63,491 bases of DNA, filler included, from Chiloscyllium plagiosum (GCF_004010195.1; 12 parts of 12 records of this genome joined end to end with filler, not necessarily neighbours in it), one strand, 5' to 3'; numbered from the whole stretch's first letter, positions 14,333-27,590 are shown. The notes: a model not told the origin generated them from the sequence alone. A program made the numbers and translations.

Positions 14333-14701
14333 AGGTCAGTGAGATCAGAGACTGGGACAGGGAGCCAGAGCTCACATCAAACTCTGCCCGTGTCTGTCAC
14401 ACTGAGACTGGCAGGAGGCTACTCACTGATTTCACTCCATGCTGCAGGAATGGGACCACAGGCTGTAAATGGACAGAGCTCCTCCACACGGTGAGTAAAA
14501 CTTACTGACTTATATCTTACTGCTTAAAGGGGGCAATGGAACTCAAGAAATACAGCTGGATACCCTGTTAGACACAGTGCTTCTCAATAAACCATTTCAT
14601 TCACTGCAGCTCCCCACCAACACCTTCAACAATTCAGCATTTGTGTTTTAGAAAGTTTCAGTATTGAAAAGGTTAATAACGGAGGATTGAGGTTTACTTA
14701 C

Positions 14702-15067
14702 TCAGTCTGAGCTTGGTTCCTTTACCGAACATAAGAGGGTAGCTGTCATACTGCTGACAGTAATAGTCAGCGACATCCTCATTCTGAACGTTACTGATTT
14801 TCAGGGTGAAACTGGTCCCTGACCCACTGCCGGTGAACAGGGTGAAACTGGTCCCTGACCCACTGCCGGTGAATCGATTGGAGACTCCTGTGAATCGATC
14901 TGTTGCGTCATAGATCAGGAGAGAGGGTTTCTGACCTTCTCGCTGCTGGTACCATGCAATGTTATCGTAAATGTCTTGACTGGCTGTGCAGGTGATGGTT
15001 GCAGTGTGGCCCAGTCCCACTGACAGCACCGGGGGAGACTGGCTCATGATGATGTCCCCACTGATAC
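14702..15067 (-). CDS. IGK: Ig kappa-type V-J exon, joined in the genome ([20 protein letters not shown]...WYQQ...[26 protein letters not shown])
   Basis: Acceptor cctcag|GT at 15067. Canonical Cys, WYQQ, YYC and FGxG motifs lie in one open frame with no RSS between V and J. Donor A|GTAAGT at 14701. Confidence 0.95.
14802..14873. repeat. Perfect 2 x 36-bp tandem duplication in V FR3 ([12 protein letters not shown] twice)
   Basis: cagggtgaaactggtccctgacccactgccggtgaa at 14802-14837 and 14838-14873. Confidence 0.95.
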
Positions 15068-15251
15068 CTGAGGGGTCAGAGAAACACAGTAAAGTCAGAA
15101 CTGTCACAGAAAGAGCCTGTCAAATGAGAGATTGTTGGAGACACTGAGCTTTCCTCTGGTTTCAGCATTTTCCCTTCAATCACAAGTCAGTGGAATTGGA
15201 GTGAAATGGAGAGCAGCTAAAGATTCAAGGTGGAAGGAGAGCGATTTGTAC

Positions 15252-15300
15252 CTGCGACACAGAATGCCAGGGGCCAGATCAGCTGGATGTGTGAAATCAT
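15252..15300 (-). CDS. IGK: Ig light chain (kappa/NS4-type) leader exon, MISHIQLIWPLAFCVA-G
   Basis: ATG at 15300, hydrophobic signal peptide, phase-1 donor GCAG|GTAC, in frame with the V exon. Confidence 0.93.
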
Positions 15301-15360
15301 GGTGTGTGCTCCTGTCCCTGTGTCTAGTTCCTGATAAACTCTCCCTTCATTTGGCTCTAC

Positions 15361-15457
15361 TTTATAAAGCTGCAGCCTGTGAGAGTCTGACTGGGTGTTC
15401 CTCAGTATGTAAATGGCATCAGGCAGAGAGAGCCACATCAGCACCTCACACTTCCTC
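15361..15457 (-). promoter_or_regulatory. IgL V promoter: TATAAA (15361-15366), octamer variant ATTTACAT (15407-15414), PU.1-type GAGGAAGTG (15449-15457)
   Basis: Motifs read directly 60-160 bp upstream of the leader ATG, in the order typical of light-chain promoters. The octamer has 1 mismatch to ATTTGCAT. Confidence 0.6.
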
Positions 15458-18400
15458 TTCCCTCTCGCTCCCATTTCACATCTTGCAGTCTCTCTCTCTG
15501 TTTCCATTTATATCTATGCCTGTCGTACACTGACTCACTGCTTCATTTTTTTCTCCATTTCCCTCTCTGTCCTCTCCCAATTACTTCTTCTCTCTCTCTC
15601 TGTCTCTTTGTCTCCATGTCTGGATGTCACTCTCTCTACCTCCTACTCCCTCAGTGTTGGTTGGTCACTGTCTCTCTCTCTCTCTCTTTCTGAACATCTT
15701 TTTCTCTCCTACTCCCTTTACTTGATCTGTTTGCTCACTCCTTTTTCCCTTTACTCTCAGATTATCACTGTCTCAATCTCTCTTTGTCTGCCTCCCTCTC
15801 TCCATCTCTCTATAGTTCTTGAACAGATCTCTATAGCATTGTGACACTGAGTCCTGGGACAGCAGTTAAATGCCTCCTCCTCTCTCTAACTCAAACTCAC
15901 AACATGCACCTCACTCACTGTCTCTCTGTCTCAGACCATCATTGACCCGAACAGCACTGATTGAGGCCATTTGGCCCATTTTGTCTGTGCTGTTCAACAA
16001 AGATCTGATGACAGTAATCCCATTCTCAAGCTCTTGGTCCATTACCCTGGAGGCTACAGCAGCACAAGTGAATATCTAAACACTGCTTCAATGTTCTGAG
16101 AGTTTGTGACTCAACCAACTTTTCAGACAGTGAGTTCCAGACTCCTATATTCTCTGGATGAAAATATTTCTCCTCAACTCTCTTGTCAGCCTCTACCTTG
16201 ATTGGGCCTGGACTCACTCAAGTTCAGAAGGATAAGAGGGGATCTGGTTGAAACATATAAAATTCTAACAGGGCTGGACAGGGAGGATGTTTCCCCTGGT
16301 TGTGTAGTCTGGAACCAGGGGACACAGTCTCAGGGGGATACAGGATAGACCATTTCAGACTGAAATGAGGAAACATTTGTTCACTCAGATGATGGTCGAT
16401 CTGTGGAATTCTCTCCCACTGAAGGCTGTGGAGGACAACATGATGAATATATACAAAAAAAAACATTTTTACATTTTGCAAGATCAAGGAGGTTGGGGAG
16501 AAAGCAGAAATATGGCATTGAGAGAGAGGATCAGCCATGATCATATTTAATGATAGACGCGACTCAAAGGGCTGAATGGCCTACTCCTGCTCTGGGTTTC
16601 TATGTTTCTATGTCGATGTTACCTTCAATCTCTGCACCTGGTGATTAACCACGTTATTCATGGAAAATGTGCTTTCCTCCCCACTCTATCTCTGCCCTCA
16701 TAACCTTCCATCCTTCTACCAGGTACACACTCAACCTTCATGGCTCCAATGAAAACAACCCCAGCCTTTCCAATCTTTCCTCATTGCTCAGACTCTCCAG
16801 GCCAGGCAGCATCCCCTCTGCACCTTCTCGAATACAATCACATCCTTCCCATAATGTCATAGTTTTGATCTTTTCATGATGGGATCATTTAGCACTGTCT
16901 ACCACTTGCTGCTTCCATTGTTTGGCATGCAAGAAATCCTCACGTCACCAGAGTAAGACCTCATTTCTAAATATTCAGTGCTTCTTTATGAATGCCTCTA
17001 GCACTCTTCATCAGACCAGAGTTGATTGCCCTGTGGTTAATGGTAATTGTAGAGTAGGGATATTCCAGATGATTGATTCACAGTTCTTGTTAAATACAAT
17101 TCTGTTGCTACTGATGACACCAGTCCCTCCTGGATGATATTTTAAATTGCTGGAAGTGTTTGAAATCGAGCACAATGGTAACATGCTAGAGGGTGTCCAC
17201 AATGTGGAGGCAAGACATCATCTCACAACCACTGTGCGCTCCTTCTGATACCATTGTGGAAAAAAATGTGATCAATAGACAGGCGAAGACAAGTCAAACA
17301 TGCTTTGGTTGGTTCACTTGCGAACTGCAGAAGGTCCAGTCTGGCAGCTGTATCCTTTAGTCAGCTCAAATCACTAGTCGTGCTTCTTAAGCAACAGTTG
17401 GTTTTGGACATTGAAATCTCCCACACAATGCTCATTCTCACTTGTGCCATTCAGTGCTGCCTTCAGGTGGTGGTCAGCATGAAGGACTACTGATTCATCA
17501 GCCAAAGGGAGGCATTAGGTGGTCAACAACAGAAGGTTTCCTTGCCCTTCCCTCCAGACTGTATACGGATGTGCCAACATTCTGCTGGGTCTGTCCTTCC
17601 TTTGGAAGAAAACATACCTCTGATAGCTAAGTATGATATGTGTAGATCTGTCTGTAAGAATGACGGTTTCTCATGGTGATGTCTGGGACGTTTGTCTGCA
17701 AATTATGATTCTGACGGGAAGGTACAGTCAGACTATTGCTTGACAAGTCTGTGAGACAGCACTAAAAATATTGATGTAAGCACTCCAGATACTAGTGCAA
17801 GGTCGACAGAGTTGTGTTTGTTATTGTCATTTTTAGTGTCTTGATCTGTTCTGTCTGGTTTCATTCCTTTTCTTAGACTCATAGCGGTTTGCTACAACTG
17901 AGTGACTTGCTCAGCCACTTCAGAGGGCATTTCAGAGTCACCCACATTGCTCAGTGGTGAGTCACTTGTAAGCCAGATTTCCATCAGGATGGCAGATTTC
18001 CCTCCCTAAAGGAGATTTGTGAACCAGACGTTTTAAAAAATGATGACTGTTAACAATGATTTTGTTGTTGCCATTGCATTAGCATTTAAATTGAGATTAT
18101 CAATTTAACCACCTGCCATGGAAGGATTCAATCCCATGTCCCTGGAGGATTAACCTGGGGGGGGTCTCAAATACTACTTGTGCCTCTGCCTCCCCTTGTT
18201 AATGGTTCCTATGTGGATTATGGAAATTGCATCTTCCCCCTCCTCTACCTTGCTCTCTCCAGCTGCAAGAAGCCTGTCATAACCTTAGCTATAAATACGG
18301 TAAACAACCTAATCCCTGTACATTTCCCCATCTGCATTTCATCCCATGCTGGCCACTGTACTTATAGTCATTTTCCTCATCCACTCTGCAGACTTTATCC

Positions 18401-19249
18401 TCATCCAACAGGCAACATGAATCCTGTACCTTTTAGATAAAAGCAAAGGCTGTGGCACAGAAGTATGGACATTACCAATGCACCGTAAGACCCCTGATTC
18501 AAGATATATGACTGCCTTGTTCATGTCTGGTGGATCACACCATTAAACTTACTCATGCATTTATTTAAGCCTAAGAAAAAAAAAATAAGAAGAAACACGT
18601 TATGGATATTAATTGAGCATATAGAGTCATAGAGTCATACAGCATGGAAACAGACCCTTCGGTCCAACCCGTCCATGCCAACCAGATATCTCAACCCAAT
18701 CTAGTCCCACCTGCCTGCCGGCCCATATCCCTCCAAATCCTTCCTCTTCATATAACCATCCAGATGCCTTTTAAATGTTGCAATTATACTAGCCTCCACC
18801 ACTTCCTCTGGCGACTCATTCCAGACGCATACCACCCACTTTGAAAATAAAAAGCATCTTTCATACTCAGTGTGGGATCAGAGGGGTAAGGTCAAGGAAG
18901 TCAATAAACTCCTTCCACAAAAGGAAATATGTTTTGATTTCAATCTCATCAACTGGCTTGGAATCTATTAAAATGTTGGACTCCAGTTCAGCAGCTCCAT
19001 GTTAAAGTTTCTTGATTAATTAACTTATTGTACATGGAATTATACACAATTGTGATGCTCTCTGTAAACTCAAATATGCTGCCGTTATAAAATACCAACC
19101 TTCATTGCCACCCTCTAAACAACCCTTTTTTATTTATTTAATTGAATTAAAATTTAATTTAAAATTTAGGGCTCCTTTTTAAGCTGGAATGATTCCTATG
19201 TTTACTCGTTCTTTTCTTATTCAATTCTCATTTATAAATTTTAAGTTTT

Positions 19250-19568
19250 AGAATCATAGAATCCCTACAGTGTGGAAACAGGCCAGTCGGCCCAACAAGT
19301 CCACACCAACCCTCTGAAGAGCATCCCACCCAGACCCATTCCCCCACTCTATTATTCTACATTTACCGCTGACTGATGGAACTAACCTACACATTCCTGA
19401 ACACTATGGGTGATTTAGATTTCCAATTCTCCTAACCTGGACTTTGGATTGTGGAAGGAATCCAGAGCACCCAGAGGAAACCAATGCAGACACAGGAAGA
19501 ATGTGCAAACTCCACACAGACAGTCACTTGAGGCTGGAATTGAAGCTGGGTCCCTGGTGCTGTGAGGT
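19250..19568 (-). mobile_element. HE1-like tRNA-derived SINE
   Basis: Typical elasmobranch SINE body (aaactccacacagacagtcac...gaggctggaattgaa...ctgtgagg) with a CR1-derived tail. Confidence 0.75.
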
Positions 19569-20864
19569 AATTTAATGTAAAATTGTATCCTGTGTTCAGT
19601 TCATTTTAATTTATCCCCTTTCATGTGATTGAGTAATATGACCACTTCAGCTCTTTATGTTGTTATAAACTATTAGCTATTTGTCCTTGGCCTCTAGCAC
19701 TGCTCTGACTTTACTCTTTCTGATTTAGCATTGTTTGCAGTGACTTCCTGTGATGGATCCGTGGTAGACTTTTAAAAAATTGTGGTCCTCAATTGACTAT
19801 TTTTGTAAATTCCATTGACATCAGTAATTGCAGCCTGAAAATGTCTTTTTTGGGAACATTGTGACTTGCTCGAATATTGTGCCATATTCTTTTTGACAGT
19901 ATAACCTGTAGTATTGTATCATTTAAATTGCAGGAATAATTGCCTTGATACAGACGTTTGTGGTCTCGTGTTGTTTCTTCCCCAGAAAAGCAATTTGAAA
20001 GGGAAAAGAATTGTTTCAGTATTTTTGACCTTCTGTCATTATAAACAAATTGAAGTGCACTCATGTTCCTTGTCTGAGGTGACTCTGGTCTCTTGGAGCT
20101 GTATTTGTAACTTACAATTGCAGCTGCTCATATATGGTTGCAGATATTCATGCTCTTCCAGATAATTCAAGTTAAATTGACTCTACAACATTGTTTAAAA
20201 AAAAATCAAACCTGGTCAATATGAATATCGTCCTGATTAATCAGTGAAATTGAGCACTTCCTGCTAGAGAAGTGTAATGGAGGTTAATACAGTACTTCTT
20301 GAAGAATTAATTATTGATCTTCAAAATTAACTTTTCATTGAAAAGTTACATGAGCTATGACCAAAATGGGATATTCTTAAAAGGAAAATAAAAAAAGAAT
20401 AATAATGAATCCAAGTAAAGGTACAAAAGATCAAAAGGGATCCTATTTAACAAGAAACTGAAACATCCAGGGACGTGAGTGCTACTTGGAAGTTGGCAAA
20501 TTTCTTTATGTTGCAGCTGGTTCATTTGTAGATGGAAGTGCTGTACATTTAAATTACTCTGGGAACTGGACTTGATCTAGTAACTAAGGAAATTTTTTGA
20601 GATTAAAAAATAGTTAGGAGAAAGGAGATTTTATCCTGGTTTGTTATAATTGTTCTGTTTAAGAATATTTTATAACTTAGTGAATAAATTTAATAGCAAT
20701 TTCTTTCTCTTCTGCTCTCCTGCCAATTTTGATTCCTGACCATTTCTCTCATCCATGCCAAGGTGGGAAGCTATTCAGGGTGACATGGTGGCTCAGTGTT
20801 TATCACTGCTGCCTCACAGCACCATAAACCAAGGTTTGATGCCAGCCTTGAGCAACTGTAGTGT

Positions 20865-22125
20865 AATGGACGGTGAAGAAGGTTACATCAAGGTATAATG
20901 GGAACTCGATCTGATGGGCCAATTGGCTCAGGAGTAGCAGATGGTGTTTAATTTAGATAAATGTGAGGTGCTGCAGTTTGGTAAGACAAACCAGGGCAGG
21001 ACTTATACACTTAATGGGAGGGTCCTAGGGAGAGATTTTGGGGTGCAGCTTCATAGTTCATTCAAAGTAGAGTCACAGGTTGACAGGTTAGTGAAGAAGG
21101 TATTTGGGACACTGGCCTTATCTGATGGGCCAATTGGCTCAGGAGTGGCAGATGGTGTTTAATTTAGATAAATGTGAGGTGCTGCAGTTTGGTAAGACAA
21201 ACCAGGGCAGAACTTATACACTTAAAGGGAGGGTCCTAGGGAGAGATTTTGGGGTGCAGCTTCATAGTTCATTCAAAGTAGAGTCACAGGTTGACAGGTT
21301 AGTGAAGAAGGTATTTGGGACACTGGCCTTTATTGGTCAGAGCATTGAGTATCGGAACAAAACCAGAAATTGCTGGAAAAGCTCAGTAGGTATGGTAGCA
21401 TCTGTGGAGAGAATCAGAGTTAATGTTTCAGGTCCAGTGACCCTTTTTTAAAATTGAGGAAGGATCACTGGACCCGAAATGTTAATTCTGATTCCTCCCC
21501 ACGGGTGCTGCTAGGCCTGCTGAGCTTTTCCAGCAATTTCTATTTTTGATTCTGATTTTCGGCATCCAGTTATTTTGGTTTTTATTGGAGCTGTGATTTC
21601 ATGTTGCGGCTGTACAGGACATTGGTTAGACCACTGTTGGAATACATCATTCAATTCTCGTCTCCCTGCTACAGGAAAGATGTTGTTACACTTGAAAGTA
21701 TATAGAATAGATTTACAAGAATATTTCCAGGGTTTGGAGGGATTGACCTTTAAGGAGAGGCTGAATAGGCTGGCGCTATTTTCCCTGGAATGGTCAAGGC
21801 TGAAGGGTGACTTTGTTGAGGTGTATAAAGTCATGGGGCATGGAAAGGACCAATAGTAAACGATTTTTTTCCCGTGGTAAGGGAGACCAAAACTAGAGGT
21901 GAGAGGAGAAAGATTTAAAAGAGACCTAAGGGGCAACTTTTTCACACAGAAGGTGGTGCGTGTATGCAATGAGCTGCTAGAGGAAGTGGTAAAAGACATG
22001 AATAGGAAGGGTTGAGATGGATATGGGTCAAATGCTGGCAAATGAGACAAGATTAATTCAGGATATCTGGTTGGCATTTACGAGTTGGACCGAAGGGTGT
22101 GCTTCGATGTGTTACAACCCTATGC
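20865..22125 (+). mobile_element. CR1 3' fragment containing a ~211-bp tandem duplication (20910-21330) and a hairpin insertion
   Basis: FNLDKCEVLQFGKTNQGRTYTLNG and ERLNRLALFSLE..RLKGD motifs; the duplicated unit is visible in the ORF track. Confidence 0.8.
21357..21575. mobile_element. Palindromic MER6/Penelope-like short element inserted in CR1
   Basis: Inverted arms agaaattgctggaaaagctcag...ctgagcttttccagcaatttct around a short loop. Confidence 0.65.
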
Positions 22126-24585
22126 CTCTGTGGTTACCAGAAACTGATTCGCTCTCTCTCCTCCACCTCTCTCTCTCTTTCTCTCTCTGTCTTTCATCTT
22201 CCATCTCTTTCTCTATCTCTCCCTTTCTCTCAGTCTGTCTCTCATTCTCTCTCACACACACACACTGTCCCATAGCCACTCTCTCTAACTCCCTCACTTT
22301 CCCTCAGTCTGTCTCATAATCTCCATCTCTTACCATCTCACTCACAGACTCCTTATCTCGCTCTTATTGAAAACCTCTACCCGGTTATCAGTCCCTTTCT
22401 GTTCCTCCCTCTTTTTCTTTTCCTCCCTCTCTACTCTCTCTCCCTCCCTCATTCTGTCTCACACTCAGCCTGTCTCTTTTTGTCCTTCTCTGACACTCTG
22501 ACTCTCTCTCTCCCTCTCTCTATCTCCCTCCCTTTCAGTCACAATATCTCACACCCTACTTCTCTCTTCCTCTATCCCTTAATCCCATCATCTCTACCTC
22601 CCACTACCTCTCTATTGCTCCTTCCACCCATCTCACACTGTACAGACCCTCCTCCGCCATTCCCTCATGCACTCTTCCTCTCTCTTTCCCACAGTCTCCC
22701 AGCTGGTGATGGTAAATCTACCTCTGCTCTGCCCCACTCATGGATATTAACCCTTGACCCCAGAGGCATGTCTTCCCCTGGAGTAAGGCCCCATTTCCCA
22801 CATTGACCAAGGTTTAGCCTCTCTCTGGAAGATGGACAGATTCTTGTCAAGTGAAGGGCAGTTCTGTGCTGTTGGCCTATTCTCACTGGGGACTGGTTTG
22901 GTAAAAAACCTCATTCCATGAAGGTCCAGCAGAGAGAGGAGATCCTCAGGCCATCAGTGTGAGCTGGAGGGACAGGACAGGCTCTGACCCACTGACCTAT
23001 CCTCTCAATTCACAACATATCCTAATCCCTTCCCCTCCCCCTTCCCCTTCCCCTTCCCCTAGCCCTTCCCCTTCCCCTTCCCCTTTCATGGTCAGACTCC
23101 GGGTTAGGCTGTTTTACTGGGATGACGGCTGGACCATCACACAAGTACAACAGAAAGAAACTGAGTACCATATCCATCATGGTGCCCATGTCCCACTGGA
23201 CCCTCCAACAGAGACCAGTAAACATGGACCTCAGGACAGCAGAGGGTAAGTTTGGAACCCTGAGCTCCATTTCCCAATCATATTTCTCATATTTTAATAA
23301 ATTCTTTAAATTCATTCACTGGATGCAAATACTGTTGGCTCGGCAAATATGTATTCGCCATCCCAAATTATCCTGGAGAAGATGATGAAGAGCTGCTTTC
23401 TTGAACAACTGCAGTCCATGTGCAATATGTGTACCCACAATGCCCTTGGGGTGGGAATTCCAGAATTTTGACTCAGCAGCAGTAAAGGAATGGTGACGCA
23501 TTTCCAAGTCAGGATGGTAAGCGACTTGGAGGGGAATTTGCAGGTAATTCCCATGTATCTGATGTCCTTGACCTACTAGATGGATATGGTTGTGGATTTG
23601 GAAGGTCCTGTCTCAGGAGCATTGATGGATTTCTGCAGGGCATCCTATAGATTGTACACACTGCTGTTACTGAGCATTGGTGTTGTGGGGTGGGGTGGGG
23701 GTGGGTAAATATGTGTGGATGTTGTGCCAATCAAGTCGGCTGTTACATCCTGAGTGATGTCAGGATTCTTGGATGGTGTTGGAGCTGACCCCATCCAAGC
23801 AAATCGAGAATATTCCATCACACTCTGCCTTGTGCCTTGTGGATACTGGGCAAGCCTTGGGGAGTCAGGAGGTGAGTTACTTGCTGCAGGATTGTTAATC
23901 TCGGACCTTCTCATGAAGCCATTCTAACTATTTGGTGAGATCAGTCAGGTTTCTGTTTACAACTGGGATATTGATAGTGAAGAACTCAATAGTAGTAACG
24001 CCATTTAAATTCAAGTGCCATTGGTTAAATTCTCTCTTGTTGGATTGGCCATTAGCTGGCATTTGTGTCGGTGAATGTTACTTGCCACTTGTCTGCCCAA
24101 GCCTGGATATTGTCCAGATCCTACCATTTTTGAACATAGACTGCTTCAGTATCTGAGGAATTGTGAGTGATGCTGGACATTGCTCGCCACTGATTGCACA
24201 TCGCTACTCTGATCATATAATGGGGGGAAGGTCATTGATAAAGCAGCTGAAGATGATTCGGCCTGTGACACTATCCTGAGGAACGCCTGCAGAGATGACT
24301 GACCTCCAACAACCACATCTTCCTATGTACCAGGTAGGACTCTAACCAGTGGTGAGTTTGTCCCCTGATATCCATTAATTCCAGTTTTGCCTGGGCTCCT
24401 TGATACCACATTCAATAAAATTTGATGTTGATGCCAAGGGCTGTCACTTTCACCATACCTTTGAAATTCAGCTCTTTTGTCCATGTTTGCACCAAGGCTG
24501 TAATGAGGTCAGGAGCTGAGTGGCCCTGGCAGAACCCAACTGAGAATCACTGTCCAGTTTATTGCTGAGCAGATGCTGTTTCATA

Positions 24586-27500
24586 GCACTGTTGAGACAA
24601 CTTCCATTGCTTTATTGATGATTGAGAGTTGGCTGAGGAGATGGTAATTTGGATTTGTCCTACTATTGACGTCCAGGACATATCTGGACAATTTTTCACA
24701 TTGTTAGTTCGATACCAGTGTTCTAGCTGTCCTTGAATAGCTTGCGTAGGGGAGCAGCAAGTTCTGGAGCACAAGTCTTCAGTCCTATTTCCAGAATATT
24801 GTCAGGGCACATAGCCTTTGCAGTCTCCAACCATCTCCAATGGTTGCAGCCCCCAACAATTTCTTGATGTTGCGTGGAGTGTATCGAATTGGGTGAACAC
24901 TGATGTATGTGATCCTGGGGATCACTGAACGAGGCCAAGGTGGATCATCCACTGGGCAATTCTGGCTGAAGATTGCTGCGGTTTCTGAAGCCTTATCTTT
25001 TGCACTGATGTGTGAGGCTTTTCTATCATTGAGGATGGGATATTTATGGACCCCCTCACCCCCCCCGCACCCCATCTCCACTGAGTTCTTTAATTGTCCG
25101 CAATCATTCACGAGTGGATATGGCAGGACTACAGAGCAGAGATCTGGGCCGCTGGTTGTGGAATCACTTAGCACTTTCTATCGCAAATGAGTATTTTGCA
25201 TCAGTGTTTACCATGGAGAAGGATATGGAACATCGGGAACTTGGGGAAATAAATTGTAACTTCTTGAAAAAATGTTCATATTACAGAGCAGGATCTGCTG
25301 GAAATCTTAAACCTCATAAAGGTGGATACGTCCCTGGGACCTGGTCAGGTGTGCACTGGAACACTGTGGGAGCTAGGGATTGCTGGCCCCCTTGCCGAGA
25401 TATTTGTATCTGCAATGGCCAAAGATGAGGTGCCGGAAGACTGGAGGTTGGCTAACGTGATGCCACTGTTTAAGAAAGTTGGGAAGGATAAGCCAGAGAA
25501 CTATAAACTGGTAAGCCTGATCTTGGTGGTGGCCAAATTATTGGAGGGAATCCTGAGGGACAGGTTGCGCATGTATTTGGAAAGGCAAGGACTGATCAGG
25601 GATAGTCAACATGGCTTTGTGCCTGGAAAATCATGTCTCATGAACTTGATTGTGCTTTTTGAAGAAGTAATAGGATTGATGAAGGCAGAGTGATGAACGT
25701 GGTCTATATAGTCTTCATTAAGGTGTTCGACATGGTTCCTCTTGATATTCTGCTGAGCAAGGTTATATCACATGGAATACAGGGACAAAAAGCCACATGG
25801 ATAGAAAACTGGCTTGAAGGCAACAGAAGACTGGGTTGTGGTGGAGGGATGCTTTCTGAACTGGAGGCCTGTGACCAGTGGTGTGCCAAAAGGATCAGTG
25901 AAGGATAAAGTGCTTTTTGTCATTTGTAGAACATCGAACACAGAACACAGAACAGTACAGCACAGTACAGTCCCTTTGGCCTTCGAGGTTGTGCCAACCT
26001 TTTATCCTATTCGAAGATCAATCTATCCGATATACCTTTAATTTTATTATCATCCATGTGCCTATTCAAGAGTCATTTAAAATGTCCCTAAAGCACTGTT
26101 GAGAAACCTTCCATTGCTTTATTGATGACCGAACGTTGGCTGATGAGGTGTTAATTTGGATTTGTCCTACTCTTTACGTCCAGGACATATCTGGACAATT
26201 TTTCACATTGTTAGTTCGATACCAGTGTTCTAGCTGTCCTTGAATAGCTTGTGTAGGGGAGCAGCAAGTTCTGGAGCACAAGTCTTCAGTCTTATTTCCA
26301 GAATATTGTCAGGGCACATAGCCTTTGCAGTCTCCAACCATCTCCAATGGTTGCAGCCCCCAACAATTTCTTGATGTTGCGTGGAGTGCATCGAATTGGG
26401 TGAACACTGATGTATGTGATCCCGGGGATCACTGAACGAGGCCAAGATGGATCATCCACTGGGCAATTCTGGCTGAAGATTGCTGTGGTTTCTGAAGCCT
26501 TATCTTTTGCACTGATGTGTGAGGTTTTTCTATCATTGAGGATGGGGATATTTATGGACCCCCTCACCCCCCCGCACCCCATCTCCACTGAGTTCTTTAA
26601 TTGTCCGCAATCATTCACGAGTGGATATGGCAGGACTACAGAGCAGAGATCTGGGCCGCTGGTTGTTGAATCACTTAGCTCTTTCTATCGCAAATGAGCA
26701 TTTTGCATCAGTGTTTACCATGGAGAAGGATATGGAACATCGGGAAATTGGGGAAATAAATTGTAACTTCTTGAAAAAATGTTCATATTACAGAGCAGGA
26801 TCTGCTGGAAATCTTAAACCTCATAAAGGTGAATACGTCCCTGGGACCTGATCAGGTGTGCACTGGAACACTGTGGGAGCTAGGGATTGCTGGGCCCCTT
26901 GCCGAGATATTTGTATGTGCAATGGCCAAAGATGAGGTGCCGGAAGACTGGAGGTTGGCTAACGTGATGCCACTGTTTAAGAAAGTTGGGAAGGATAAGC
27001 CAGGGAACTATAAACTGGTGATCCTGATCTTGGTGGTGGCCATGTTATTGGAGGGAATCCTGAGGGACAGGTTGCGCATGTATTTGGAAAGGCAAGGACT
27101 GATCAGGGATAGTCAACATGGCTTTGTGCCTGGGAAATCATGTCTCATGAACTTTTTGAAGAAGTAATAAGATTGATGAAGGCAGAGTGATGAACGTGGT
27201 CTATATAATCTTCATTAAGATATTCAACATGGTTCCTCTTGATATTCTGCTGAGCAAGGTTATATCACATGGAATACAGGGACAAAAAGCCACATGGATA
27301 GAAAACTGGCTTGAAGGCAGCAGAAGACAGTGGGTTGTGGTGGAGGGATGCTTTCTGAACTGGAGACCTGTGACCAGTGGTGTGCCAAAAGGATCAGTGA
27401 AGGATAAAGTGTTTTTTGTCATTTGTAGAACATCGAACACAGAACACAGAACAGTACAGCACAGTACAGTCCCTTTGGCCTTCGAGGTTGTGCCAACCTT

Positions 27501-27590
27501 TTATCCTATTCGAAGATCAATCTATCCGATATACCCTTAATTTTATTATCATCCATGTGCCTATTCAAGAGTCGCTTAAATGTCCCTAAT
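24586..27590. repeat. ~1.5-kb tandem duplication of a composite LINE segment (minus-strand LINE fragment plus plus-strand CR1 RT fragment)
   Basis: Units start at ~24586 and ~26092 (agcactgttgaga...ttccattgctttattgatga). Paired ORFs such as 25322-25693 and 26829-27167 carry VPEDWRLANVMPLFKK...SQHGF. Confidence 0.9.

Noticed and set aside
15413-15844. Hydrophobic Ser/Leu-rich ORFs (also 22017-22806)
   Set aside because: Translations of CT-rich low-complexity sequence.
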